From Nemertoderma westbladi (taxonomy: Eukaryota; Animalia; Xenacoelomorpha): DNA of 64,000 nt. Every line of letters begins with the position of its first letter. Position 1 is the first letter of the stretch. The DNA is taken from the NCBI GenBank assembly GCA_032718475.1, contig JAUCBJ010000579.1, positions 40,614 through 104,613 of the forward strand. The letters are read 5' to 3'. Both the position numbers and the translations under genes were made by a program. This document shows positions 54,801-64,000 of this stretch, in pieces. The notes under the pieces were generated by a model that had not been told where the DNA came from, made no database searches, and saw only the letters and a program-made list of their open reading frames with translations.

Positions 54801-57800
54801 TTCCCCAGTACCTGTACACCCAATACTGTACTTTATTTCCCCAGTACCTGTATACTGTACCCAATACTGTACTTTATTTCCCCAGTACCTGTACACCCAA
54901 TACTGTACTTTATTTCCCCAGTACCTGTATACTGTACCCAATACTGTACTTTATTTCCCCAGTATCTGTACACCCAATACTGTACTTTATTTCCCCAGTA
55001 TCTGTACACCCAATACTGTACTTTATTTCCCCAGTACCTGTACACCCAATACTGTACTTTATTTCCCCAGTATCTGTACACCCAATACTGTACTTTATTT
55101 CCCCAGTACCTGTACACCCAATACTGTACTTTATTTCCCCAGTACCTGTACACCCAATACTGTACTTTATTTCCCCAGTACCTTTACACCCAATACTGTA
55201 CTTTATTTCCCCAGTATCTGTACACCCAATACTGTACTTTACTTCCCCAGTATCTGTACACCCAATACTGTACTTTATTTCCCCAATACCGGTACCCAAT
55301 ACAGTACTTTATTTCCCCAGTACCTGTACACCCAATACTGTACTTTATTTCCCCAGTACCTGTATACTGTACCCAATACTGTACTTTATTTCCCCAGTAT
55401 CTGTACACCCAATACTGTACTTTATTTCCCCAATACCGGTACCCAATACAGTACTTTATTTCCCCAGTACCTGTATACTGTACCCAATACTGTACTTTAT
55501 TTCCCCAGTATCTGTACACCCAATACTGTACTTTATTTCCCCAGTACCTGTACACCCAATACTGTACTTTATTTCCCCAGTACCTGTACACCCAATACTG
55601 TACTTTATTTCCCCAGTACCTGTACACCCAATACTGTACTTTATTTCCCCAGTACCTGTATACTGTACCCAATACTGTACTTTATTTCCCCAGTATCTGT
55701 ACACCCAATACTGTACTTTATTTCCCCAGTACCTGTACACCCAATACAGTACTTTATTTCCCCAGTACCTGTACACCCAATACTGTACTTTATTTCCCCA
55801 GTACCTGTACACCCAATACTGTACTTTATTTCCCCAGTACCTGTACATCCAATACTGTACTTTATTTCCCCAGTACCTGTATACTGTACCCAATACTGTA
55901 CTTTATTTCCCCAGTATCTGTACACCCAATACTGTACTTTATTTCCCCAGTACCTCTACACCCAATACTGTACTTTATTTCCCCAGTACCTGTACACCCA
56001 ATACTGTACTTTATTTCCCCAGTACCTGTACACTCAATACTGTACTTTATTTCCCCAGTATCTGTACACCCAATACTGTACTTTATTTCCCCAGTACCTG
56101 TACACCCAATACTGTACTTTATTTCCCCAGTACCTGTACTCCCAATACTGTACTTTATTTCCCCAGTACCCACACCCAATACTGTACTTTATTTCCCCAG
56201 TACCTGTTCACCCAATACTGTACTTTATTTCCCCAGTACCTGTACACCCAATACTGTACTTTATTTCCCCAGTACCTGTACACCCAATACTGTACTTTAT
56301 TTCCCCAGTATCTGTACACCCAATACTGTACTTTATTTCCCCAGTCAGACCAATAAATTTACTAATCCCAGTATTAAATATTTCTAGGTATTGCGAATGT
56401 TTCTCTAACGGGGAGTTTTGTAACAACTGCCACTGCCAAAGTTGCTATAACAACCTGGAGCACGAAGAGTTGCGTCTCCGAGCCGTGCGTTCGACGTTGG
56501 GGAGGAATCCTCAGGCGTTCAACCCAAAGATCGGCCGCTCATCTGGGGGCAAGAATCGCAGTCACATAAAGGGCTGTAATTGTAGGAGAAGTGGATGTCT
56601 CAAGAATTACTGTGAGTGTTTCGAGGTGAGTCGAATGATTGATATGGGAATTGGGTATGTTAATGACCCCACCCCCACCATCGGCAACTATGTACTAACT
56701 CACCGAACAACCGACCTATTTAATGTACCAACAGTGTTAGCTTTCTGCCTTAAAGTCGTTCTGCAACTTATGTTTCTCTTTTTAGGCGCGAATTTTTTGC
56801 ACCGAAAACTGCAAATGCAATGGATGTAAAAACTTTGAGAACGCGTTGGACCACGGACTGCTAACGTCACTGGCTGAGGCCGCTGTAATGCGGACCAGAC
56901 AGCAAAGTGCGGCTAAAGATAGATTGGCCAATCAGATCACTCTCAGAGGAGAATACAATTCTACCCACAAGTTAGTCAAATTCCTCTGAAACACTTTACT
57001 TCGCTCCCTTTCTACTTTACTTCCCTGTCGTACTTTACTGCGCTCCCTTTCTACTTTACTTCCCTGTCGTACTTTACTTCACTCCCCTTCTACTTTACTT
57101 CCCTGTCGTACTTTACTGCGCTCCCTTTCTACTTTACTTCCCTGTCGTACTTTACTTCACTCCCCTTCTACTTTACTTCCCTGTCGTACTTTACTGCGCT
57201 CCCTTTCTACTTTACTTCCCTGTCGTACTTTACTGCGCTCCTTTTCTACTTTACTTCCCTATCGTACTTTACTTCGCTCCCTTTCTACTTTACTCCCCTG
57301 TCGTACTTTACTGCGCTCCCTTTCTACTTTACTTCCCTGTCGTACTTTACTTCCCTATCGTACTTTACTGCGCTCCCTTTCTACTTTACTTCCCTGTCGT
57401 ACTTTACTGCGCTCCCTTTCTACTTTACTCCCCTGGTGTACTTTATTTCCCTGTTGTACTTTACGTCCCTGGTGTACTTTACTCCCCTGTCGTACTTTAC
57501 TTCGCTCCCTTTCTACTTTACTTCCCTGTCGTACTTTACTTCGCTCCCTTTCTACTTTACTTCCCTGTCGTAGTTTACTGCGATCCCTTTCTACTTTACT
57601 TCCCTGTCGTAGTTTACTGCGCTCCCTTTCTACTTTACTTCCCTGTCGTACTTTACTGCGCTCCCTTTCTACTTTACTTCACTGTCGTACTTTACTTCGC
57701 TCCCTTTCTACTTTACTTCCCTGTCGTACTTTACTGCGCTCCCTTTCTACTTTACTTCCCTGTCGTACTTTACTGCGCTCCCTTTCTACTTTACTCCCCT

Positions 57801-60800
57801 GGTGTACTTTATTTCCCTGTTGTACTTTACGTCCCTGGTGTACTTTACTCCCCTGTCGTACTTTACTTCGCTCCCTTTCTACTTTACTTCCCTGTCGTAC
57901 TTTACTTCGCTCCCTTTCTACTTTACTTCCCTGTCGTAGTTTACTGCGATCCCTTTCTACTTTACGTCCCTGGTGTACTTTACTCCCCTGTCGTACTTTA
58001 CTTCGCTCCCTTTCTACTTTACTTCCCTGTCGTACTTTACTTCGCTCCCTTTCTACTTTACTTCCCTGTCGTACTTTACTGCGCCTCCCTTTCTACTTTA
58101 CTTCCCTGTCGTACTTTACTGCGCTCCCTTTCTACTTTACTCCCCTGGTGTACTTTATTTCCCTGTTGTACTTTACGTCCCTGGTGTACTTTACTCCCCT
58201 GTCGTACTTTACTTCGCTCCTTTTCTACTTTACGTCCCTGTCGTACTTTACTTCGCTCCCTTTCTACTTTACTTCCCTGTCGTAGTTTACTGCGCTCCCT
58301 TTCTACTTTACTTCCCTGTCGTACTTTACTGCGCTCCCTTTCTACTTTACTTCCCTGTCGTACTTTACTGCGCTCCCTTTCTACTTTACTTCCCTGTCGT
58401 ACTTTACTGCGCTCCCTTTCTACTTTACTTCCCTGTCGTACTTTACTGCGCTCCCTTTCTACTTTACTTCCCTGTCGTACTTTACTGCGCTCCCTTTCTA
58501 CTTTACTTCCCTGTCGTACTTTACTGCGCTCCCTTTCTACTTTACTTCCCTGTCGTACTTTACTGCGCTCCCTTTCTACTTTACTTCCCTGTCGTACTTT
58601 ACTGCGCTCCCTTTCTACTTTACTTCCCTGTCGTACTTTACTGCGCTCCCTTTCTACTTTACTTCCCTGTCGTACTTTACTGCGCTCCCTTTCTACTTTA
58701 CTTCCCTGTCGTACTTTACTGCGCTCCCTTTCTACTTTACGTCCCTGTCGTACTTTACTGCGCTCCCTTTCTACTTTACTTCCCTGTCGTACTTTACTTC
58801 GCTCCCTTTCTACTTTACTTCCCTGTCGTAGTTTACTGCGATCCCTTTCTACTTTACTTCCCTGTCGTACTTTACTGCGCTCCCTTTCTACTTTACTTCC
58901 CTGTCGTACTTTACTGCGCTCCCTTTCTACTTTACTTCCCTGTCGTACTTTACTGCGCTCCCTTTCTACTTTACGTCCCTGTCGTACTTTACTGCGCTCC
59001 CTTTCTACTTTACTTCCCTGTCGTACTTTACTGCGCTCCCTTCCTACTTTACTTCCCTGTCGTACTTTACTGCGCTCCTTTTCTACTTTACTTCCCTATC
59101 GTACTTTACTGCGCTCCCTTTCTACTTTACTCCCCTGTCGTACTTTACTTCGCTCCCTTTCTACTTTACTTCCCTGTCGTACTTTACTGCGCTCCCTTTC
59201 TACTTTACTTCCCTGTCGTACTTTACTGCGCTCCCTCTCCTACTTTACCTCCCTGTCGTACTTTACTGCGTCCCCTTTCTACTTTACTCCCCTGTCGTAC
59301 TTTACTTCGCTCCCTTTCTACTTTACTTCCCTGTCGTACTTTACTGCGCTCCCTTTCTACTTTACTTCCCTGTCGTACTTTACTGCGCTCCCTTTCTACT
59401 TTACTTCCCTGTCGTACTTTACTGCGCTCCCTTTCTACTTTACTTCCCTGTCGTACTTTACTGCGCTCCCTTTCTACTTTACTCCCCTGGTGTACTTTAT
59501 TTCCCTGTTGTACTTTACGTCCCTGGTGTACTTTACTCCCCTGTCGTACTTTACTTCGCTCCCTTTCTACTTTACTTCCTGTCGTACTTTACTTCGCTCC
59601 CTTTCTACTTTACTTCCCTGTCGTAGTTTACTGCGCTCCCTTTCTACTTTACGTCCCTGTCGTACTTTACTGCGCTCCCTTTCTACTTTACTCCCCTGTC
59701 GTACTTTACTGCGCTCCCTTTCTACTTTACTTCCCTGTCGTACTTTACTGCGCTCCTTTTCTACTTTACTTCCCTATCGTACTTTACTGCGCCCCTTTCT
59801 ACTTTACTCCCCTGTCGTACTTTACTTCGCTCCCTTTCTACTTTACTTCCCTGTCGTACTTTACTGCGCTCCCTTTCTACTTTACTTCCCTGTCGTACTT
59901 TACTGCGCTCCCTTTCTACTTTACTTCCCTGTCGTACTTTACTTCCCTATCGTACTTTACTGCGCTCCCTTTCTACTTTACTTCCCTGTCGTACTTTACC
60001 TCGCTCCCTTTCTACTTTACTCCCCTGGTGTACTTTATTTCCCTGTTGTACTTTACGTCCCTGGTGTACTTTACTCCCCTGTCGTACTTTACTTCGCTCC
60101 CTTTCTACTTTACTTCCCTGTCGTACTTTACTTCGCTCCCTTTCTACTTTACTTCCCTGTCGTAGTTTACTGCGCTCCCTTTCTACTTTACTTCCCTGTC
60201 GTACTTTACTGCGCTCCCTTTCTACTTTACTTCCCTGTCGTACTTTACTGCGCTCCCTTTCTACTTTACTTCCCTGTCGTACTTTACTGCGCTCCCTTTC
60301 TACTTTACTTCCCTGTCGTACTTTACTGCGCTCCCTTTCTACTTTACTTCCCTGTCGTACTTTACTGCGCTCCCTTTCTACTTTACTTCCCTGTCGTACT
60401 TTACTGCGCTCCCTTTCTACTTTACTTCCCTGTCGTACTTTACTGCGCTCCCTTTCTACTTTACTTCCCTGTCGTACTTTACTGCGCTCCCTTTCTACTT
60501 TACTTCCCTGTCGTACTTTACTGCGCTCCTTTTCTACTTTACTTCCCTGTCGTACTTTACTTCGCTCCCTTTCTACTTTACTCCCCTGTCGTACTTTACT
60601 GCGCTCCCTTTCTACTTTACTTCCCTGTCGTACTTTACTTCCCTATCGTACTTTACTGCGCTCCCTTTCTACTTTACTTCCCTGTCGTACTTTACTGCGC
60701 TCCCTTTCTACTTTACTTCCCTGTCGTACTTTATCTGACTTCGCTCCCTTTCTACTTTACTTCCCTGTCGTACTTTACTGCGCTCCCTTTCTACTTTACT

Positions 60801-62662
60801 TCCCTGTCGTACTTTACTGCGCTCCCTTTCTACTTTACTTCCCTGTCGTACTTTACTGCGCTCCCTTTCTACTTTACTTCCCTGTCGTAGTTTACTGCGC
60901 TCCCTTTCTACTTTACGTCCCTGTCGTACTTTACTGCGCTCCCTTTCTACTTTACTTCCCTGTCGTACTTTACTTCGCTCCCTTTCTACTTTACTTCCCT
61001 GTCGTAGTTTACTGCGCTCCCTTTCTACTTTACGTCCCTGTCGTACTTTACTGCGCTCCCTTTCTACTTTACTTCCCTGTCGTACTTTACTGCGCTCCCT
61101 TTCTACTTTACTTCCCTGTCGTACTTTACTGCGCTCCCTTTCTACTTTACTTCCCTGTCGTACTTTACTGCGCTCCCTTTCTACTTTACTTCCCTGTCGT
61201 ACTTTACTGCGCTCCCTTTCTACTTTACTTCCCTGTCGTACTTTACTGCGCTCCCTTTCTACTTTACTTCCCTGTCGTACTTTACTGCGCTCCCTTTCTA
61301 CTTTACTTCCCTGTCGTACTTTACTGCGCTCCCTTTCTACTTTACTTCCCTGTCGTACTTTACTGCGCTCCCTTTCTACTTTACTTCCCTGTCGTACTTT
61401 ACTGCGCTCCCTTTCTACTTTACTTCCCTGTCGTACTTTACTGCGCTCCCTTTCTACTTTACTTCCCTGTCGTACTTTACTGCGCTCCCTTTCTACTTTA
61501 CTTCCCTGTCGTACTTTACTGCGCTCCCTTTCTACTTTACTTCCCTGTCGTACTTTACTGCGCTCCCTTTCTACTTTACTTCCCTGTCGTACTTTACTGC
61601 GCTCCCTTTCTACTTTACTTCCCTGTCGTACTTTACTGCGCTCCCTTTCTACTTTACTTCCCTGTCGTACTTTACTGCGCTCCCTTTCTACTTTACTTCC
61701 CTGTCGTACTTTACTGCGCTCCCTTTCTACTTTACTTCCCTGTCGTACTTTACTGCGCTCCCTTTCTACTTTACTTCCCTGTCGTACTTTACTGCGCTCC
61801 CTTTCTACTTTACTTCCCTGTCGTACTTTACTGCGCTCCCTTTCTACTTTACTTCCCTGTCGTACTTTACTGCGCTCCCTTTCTACTTTACTTCCCTGTC
61901 GTACTTTACTGCGCTCCCTTTCTACTTTACTTCCCTGTCGTACTTTACTGCGCTCCCTTTCTACTTTACTTCCCTGTCGTACTTTACTGCGCTCCCTTTC
62001 TACTTTACTTCCCTGTCGTACTTTACTGCGCTCCCTTTCTACTTTACTTCCCTGTCGTACTTTACTGCGCTCCCTTTCTACTTTACTTCCCTGTCGTACT
62101 TTACTGCGCTCCCTTTCTACTTTACTTCCCTGTCGTACTTTACTGCGCTCCCTTTCTACTTTACTTCCCTGTCGTACTTTACTGCGCTCCTTTCTACTTT
62201 ACTTCCCTGTCGTACTTTACTGCGCTCCCTTTCTACTTTACTTCCCTGTCGTACTTTACTGCGCTCCCTTTCTACTTTACTTCCCTGTCGTACTTTACTG
62301 CGCTCCCTTTCTACTTTACTTCCCTGTCGTACTTTACTGCGCTCCCTTTCTACTTTACTTCCCTGTCGTTCTTTATTATATATTATATTACTTAATACGT
62401 ATTAATTATATATTTATTTAGTTGTTTATTTTCTTATTATTTATTTTAATGTGCCGTATTAATTAATAATTATTACTTGCATTCTAGAACGCCTCTATTG
62501 GTTGTAACCCAGGAGGTTGTCGAGGCAACCACATCCTGTCTGTTGGCCCAAGCAGAGGAAGCCAAACTCCGCGGCCAATCAGTGACAGAGATAGAGAATC
62601 TAGTTCTAGAAGAATACGCTAGGTGTCTCCTCAAGATTATCCAATCAGCGACAAAGAGCTAG
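6713..62662 (+). CDS. lin54: LIN54/tesmin-like CRC-domain protein (MuvB/DREAM DNA-binding subunit); spliced gene of about 415 aa within the window, 5' end uncertain
   Basis: Manually joined exons: 6713-6847, 27232-27399, (29474-29521), 35894-36070, 36528-36649, 56388-56625, 56786-56970, 62488-62662. All introns are GT-AG and phases agree (total 1248 nt = 415 codons + TAG). The protein has two CXC motifs ([14 protein letters not shown]|[21 protein letters not shown] and [19 protein letters not shown]|[16 protein letters not shown]), the RNPxAFxPKI linker and the LIN54-type C-terminus. Confidence 0.93.
7103..26859. repeat. 52/53-bp purine/G-rich minisatellite, ~375 copies, ~19.8 kb, intronic
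   Basis: Unit acacgg(g)gatggagaaagggcagggaagattgcgttac(a/c)ggtggtgtgg(ct/at/aa)gt. Confidence 0.98.
27232..27399 (+). CDS. lin54: lin54 exon ([56 protein letters not shown])
   Basis: Acceptor ctgataattctttgcag, donor CAG|gtctgt, 168 nt, phase 0/0. Contains a basic RRRK patch and an IAPK-type low-complexity motif. Confidence 0.75.
27288..28113 (+). repeat. 118-bp tandem repeat, exactly 7 copies (exon 3' 112 nt + gtctgt)
   Basis: 826 bp = 7 x 118. The copies appear identical and the first overlaps exon 27232-27399. Confidence 0.98.
28299..29395. repeat. 15-bp degenerate minisatellite, ~70 copies
   Basis: Unit acctaatgactcag(g/a/t). Confidence 0.96.
29474..29521 (+). CDS. lin54: Possible small lin54 exon ([16 protein letters not shown])
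   Basis: Acceptor ttttttcaaactcttgtag, donor GAG|gtggga, 48 nt, phase 0/0. The frame stays open to an alternative donor T|gtatgt near 29552. No homology support. Confidence 0.45.
29605..30340. mobile_element. Possible non-autonomous DNA-transposon fragment with repeated TGTAACGC motifs
   Basis: Starts ggggtcgtcc, is AT-rich and non-coding, and has six TGTAACGC/GCGTTACA copies in 30004-30330, like subterminal repeats. Boundaries are guessed. Confidence 0.35.
30614..35636. repeat. 39-bp minisatellite A, ~129 copies
   Basis: Unit aagttagtgatggcgttacacgtgaa(g/a)gactt(a/c)gagatt. Confidence 0.98.
35894..36070 (+). CDS. lin54: lin54 exon ([59 protein letters not shown])
   Basis: Acceptor tgtctcattcag, strong donor CAA|gtgagt, 177 nt, phase 0/0, S/P/T-rich. 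Confidence 0.8.
36403..36440. repeat. (CATA)n microsatellite, possibly the tail of a Helitron/DINE-like insertion starting near 36150
   Basis: atacatacacacatacatacatacatacatacata. The element assignment is inference only. Confidence 0.6.
36528..36649 (+). CDS. lin54: lin54 exon encoding the start of CXC1 (...[20 protein letters not shown])
   Basis: Acceptor attttctttacag, donor TT|gtaagt (phase 2). Matches the CRC-domain motif. Confidence 0.95.
36607..37726 (+). repeat. 56-bp tandem repeat, exactly 20 copies (CXC1 exon 3' 43 nt + gtaagtatgtacc)
   Basis: 1120 bp = 20 x 56. Unit caaggaaaccttgtaactgtaccaagagtcagtgtctcaagtt|gtaagtatgta(cc/gc/cg). Confidence 0.98.
37896..38012 (+). mobile_element. 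Probable single terminus of a PIF/Harbinger-like MITE
   Basis: taa|gggggcgttcataaagtatgtcacgc followed by G-runs and repeated gtgac/gtcac motifs. This resembles common invertebrate Harbinger MITE ends. The partner terminus was not found. Confidence 0.5.
38193..56345. repeat. 36-bp minisatellite (34 and 41 bp variants), ~505 copies, ~18.2 kb, inside the intron that splits CXC1
   Basis: Unit ccccagtacctgtacacccaatactgtactttattt. Confidence 0.98.
56388..56625 (+). CDS. lin54: lin54 exon encoding the rest of CXC1, the RNP linker and the start of CXC2
   Basis: Branch-like TACTAAT at ~56360, acceptor tttctag, donor GAG|gtgagt. Encodes [79 protein letters not shown]. Confidence 0.96.
56786..56970 (+). 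CDS. lin54: lin54 exon encoding the end of CXC2 and the following helix
   Basis: Acceptor tttctctttttag, donor AA|gttagt (phase 2). Encodes [51 protein letters not shown]... Confidence 0.94.
56992..62369. repeat. 39-bp pyrimidine-rich minisatellite B (18+21 bp dimer), ~138 copies
   Basis: Unit tactttacttccctgtcg + tactttactgcgctccctttc. Confidence 0.98.
62488..62662 (+). CDS. lin54: lin54 terminal coding exon
   Basis: Acceptor ttacttgcattctag, phase 2 match. Encodes [57 protein letters not shown], which resembles the conserved LIN54 C-terminus (VxEATxxCLLAQAE...ILEEFGRCL). Confidence 0.93.
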
Positions 62663-63121
62663 TGACACATGGGCTGTTTTTTAGCAATGGAACTAGTAAC
62701 TTTCACAAACTGTTTATTTGTTTAGAAACTGTGTTTTTTTATATTTTATTTAGTTATTTTATCTAGACATTTTGATTAATGACAGGTATCCACCATGAGC
62801 CGTAACATATGTCAGTTTCTAATGAAACAGACCCCCCCCCCCCCCCCCCCCCCCCCCGCCCGACACACAGCTAGTTCCACTCACCGTGGTTGTTACCATG
62901 AAGCCGGAATTTTCGATTTGGGCTATAAATTATTTTTATAAGCATTTTAAAAAAGTCTCTTTTGCTTAATCGCCCCCTCCGATTCGTGGCCGTTCTTCAC
63001 ATTATTCGTAATTTTCTCATTTCATTGGAAAGATTTCTTTACTTTCGTTGAGAAACAGCTGAGATATAGGCGTTCAAAGATTGCAAGAATTATCGTTCGC
63101 TGAAGGCCATTTATTCTATTT

Positions 63122-63127
63122 AATAAA
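63122..63127 (+). promoter_or_regulatory. Candidate polyadenylation signal for lin54
   Basis: AATAAA about 460 nt downstream of the stop codon. The AT-rich context makes a chance match plausible. Confidence 0.25.
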
Positions 63128-63757
63128 TACACGATATTCTAGAACGTGTTATTTATTTTATGAGTTGGTTGGTAACAGCGGTCGGTATGCCTATATAATA
63201 TCTCTACCGCGTATAACCAAGGCCATCGCATTACAAAGCCTGCATTCTAGAATACCTCGATCAGTTGTTGTCTCCCCTAAATCCCGTAATCAATTCTATA
63301 TATCATAATTTCCGTACTAAAAGTGTTATTTATTTTTAACGCAAATTGTGTTATATTGTACGGAAATTGTGTTATATTGTACGGAAATTTGTAGCATTCA
63401 CGAAATCGTCTTAAAGTTGTATTTATTCTAGAATATTAGCTACCGCATTGTTACATAAATTATACTATGGTAAAGGATTCCCCATGAACATTATGGAATT
63501 GGCCTACAATCATTCTAGAACATTTAAGATTCCCGTTTCATTTAGCGCAATGTAGGCTACTATACTATATCAGAGTACTAAGCCGTCATATTATTTACTT
63601 TTTGAGTTGTTCTGGAAAGTTCGACACAGTTGTTGTGACTTGGGGAATATAATATTATAATATAAAATATAATGTAATATCCGAAATATTATAATAATAA
63701 TATTTCGCATAATACTGTACCACTTTAATTACTAACTTTATATTCCACCTATGCCTA

Positions 63758-64000
63758 GGCCTTGGTATAATAACAAACTGATTAACTCAGCAGGCCTTGT
63801 ATTACGGCGGCCTTGGTATAATAAACAAACTGATTAACTCAGCAGGCCTTGTATTACTGCGGCCTTGGTATAATAAACAAACTGATTAACTCAGCAGGCC
63901 TTGTATTACGGCGGCCTTGGTATAATAAACAAACTGATTAACTCAGCAGGCCTTGTATTACGGCGGCCTTGGTATAATAAACAAACTGATTAACTCAGCA
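63758..64000. repeat. 52-bp tandem repeat running off the window end (more than 4.5 copies)
   Basis: Unit ggccttggtataataaacaaactgattaactcagcaggccttgtattac(g/t)gc. Confidence 0.93.

Noticed and set aside
39473-56387. 5255 and 5220 aa ORFs plus many antisense ORFs
   Set aside because: The 36-bp unit is a multiple of 3 and lacks stops in several frames on both strands. 34 and 41 bp variants shift frame freely. The region is intronic.
56626-56829. Read-through C-terminus of ORF 56470-56829 (VSRMIDMG...)
   Set aside because: This is the 160-bp intron plus out-of-frame exon sequence. Splicing at GAG|gtgagt restores the conserved CXC2.
57973-60890. Hydrophobic 730 and 466 aa ORFs
   Set aside because: Translations of the pyrimidine-rich satellite, with frequent frameshifts.
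1097-62369. CRISPR-like arrays
   Set aside because: Units are head-to-tail with no unique spacers, there are no cas genes, and the context is a spliceosomal gene.
62905-63390. ORF 63081-63308, a TE-like AT-rich segment and a 21-bp doublet
   Set aside because: No homology, splice signals or definable termini were found.

Overview
Eukaryotic (probably invertebrate animal) genomic DNA, about 89% tandem repeat. The window holds a spliced + strand LIN54/tesmin-family gene (CRC/CXC domain, MuvB/DREAM subunit). Its 7-8 short, phase-consistent exons total about 1.25 kb of coding sequence spread over 6713-62662. Most of its introns are inflated by their own minisatellite (52/53, 118, 15, 39, 56, 36 and 39 bp units). 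A probable second gene lies on the - strand near 5138-5330. The giant ORFs in the track are translations of stop-free satellites, not genes. The most striking structure is that at least three arrays (118 bp x7, 56 bp x20, 53 bp x~77), and possibly a fourth (31 bp x~35), are amplified copies of the neighbouring exon's 3' end plus its GT splice donor. Two pairs of otherwise unrelated satellites also share core motifs. Copy numbers marked ~ are span divided by unit length. Homology calls are from recalled family sequences, not from database searches.
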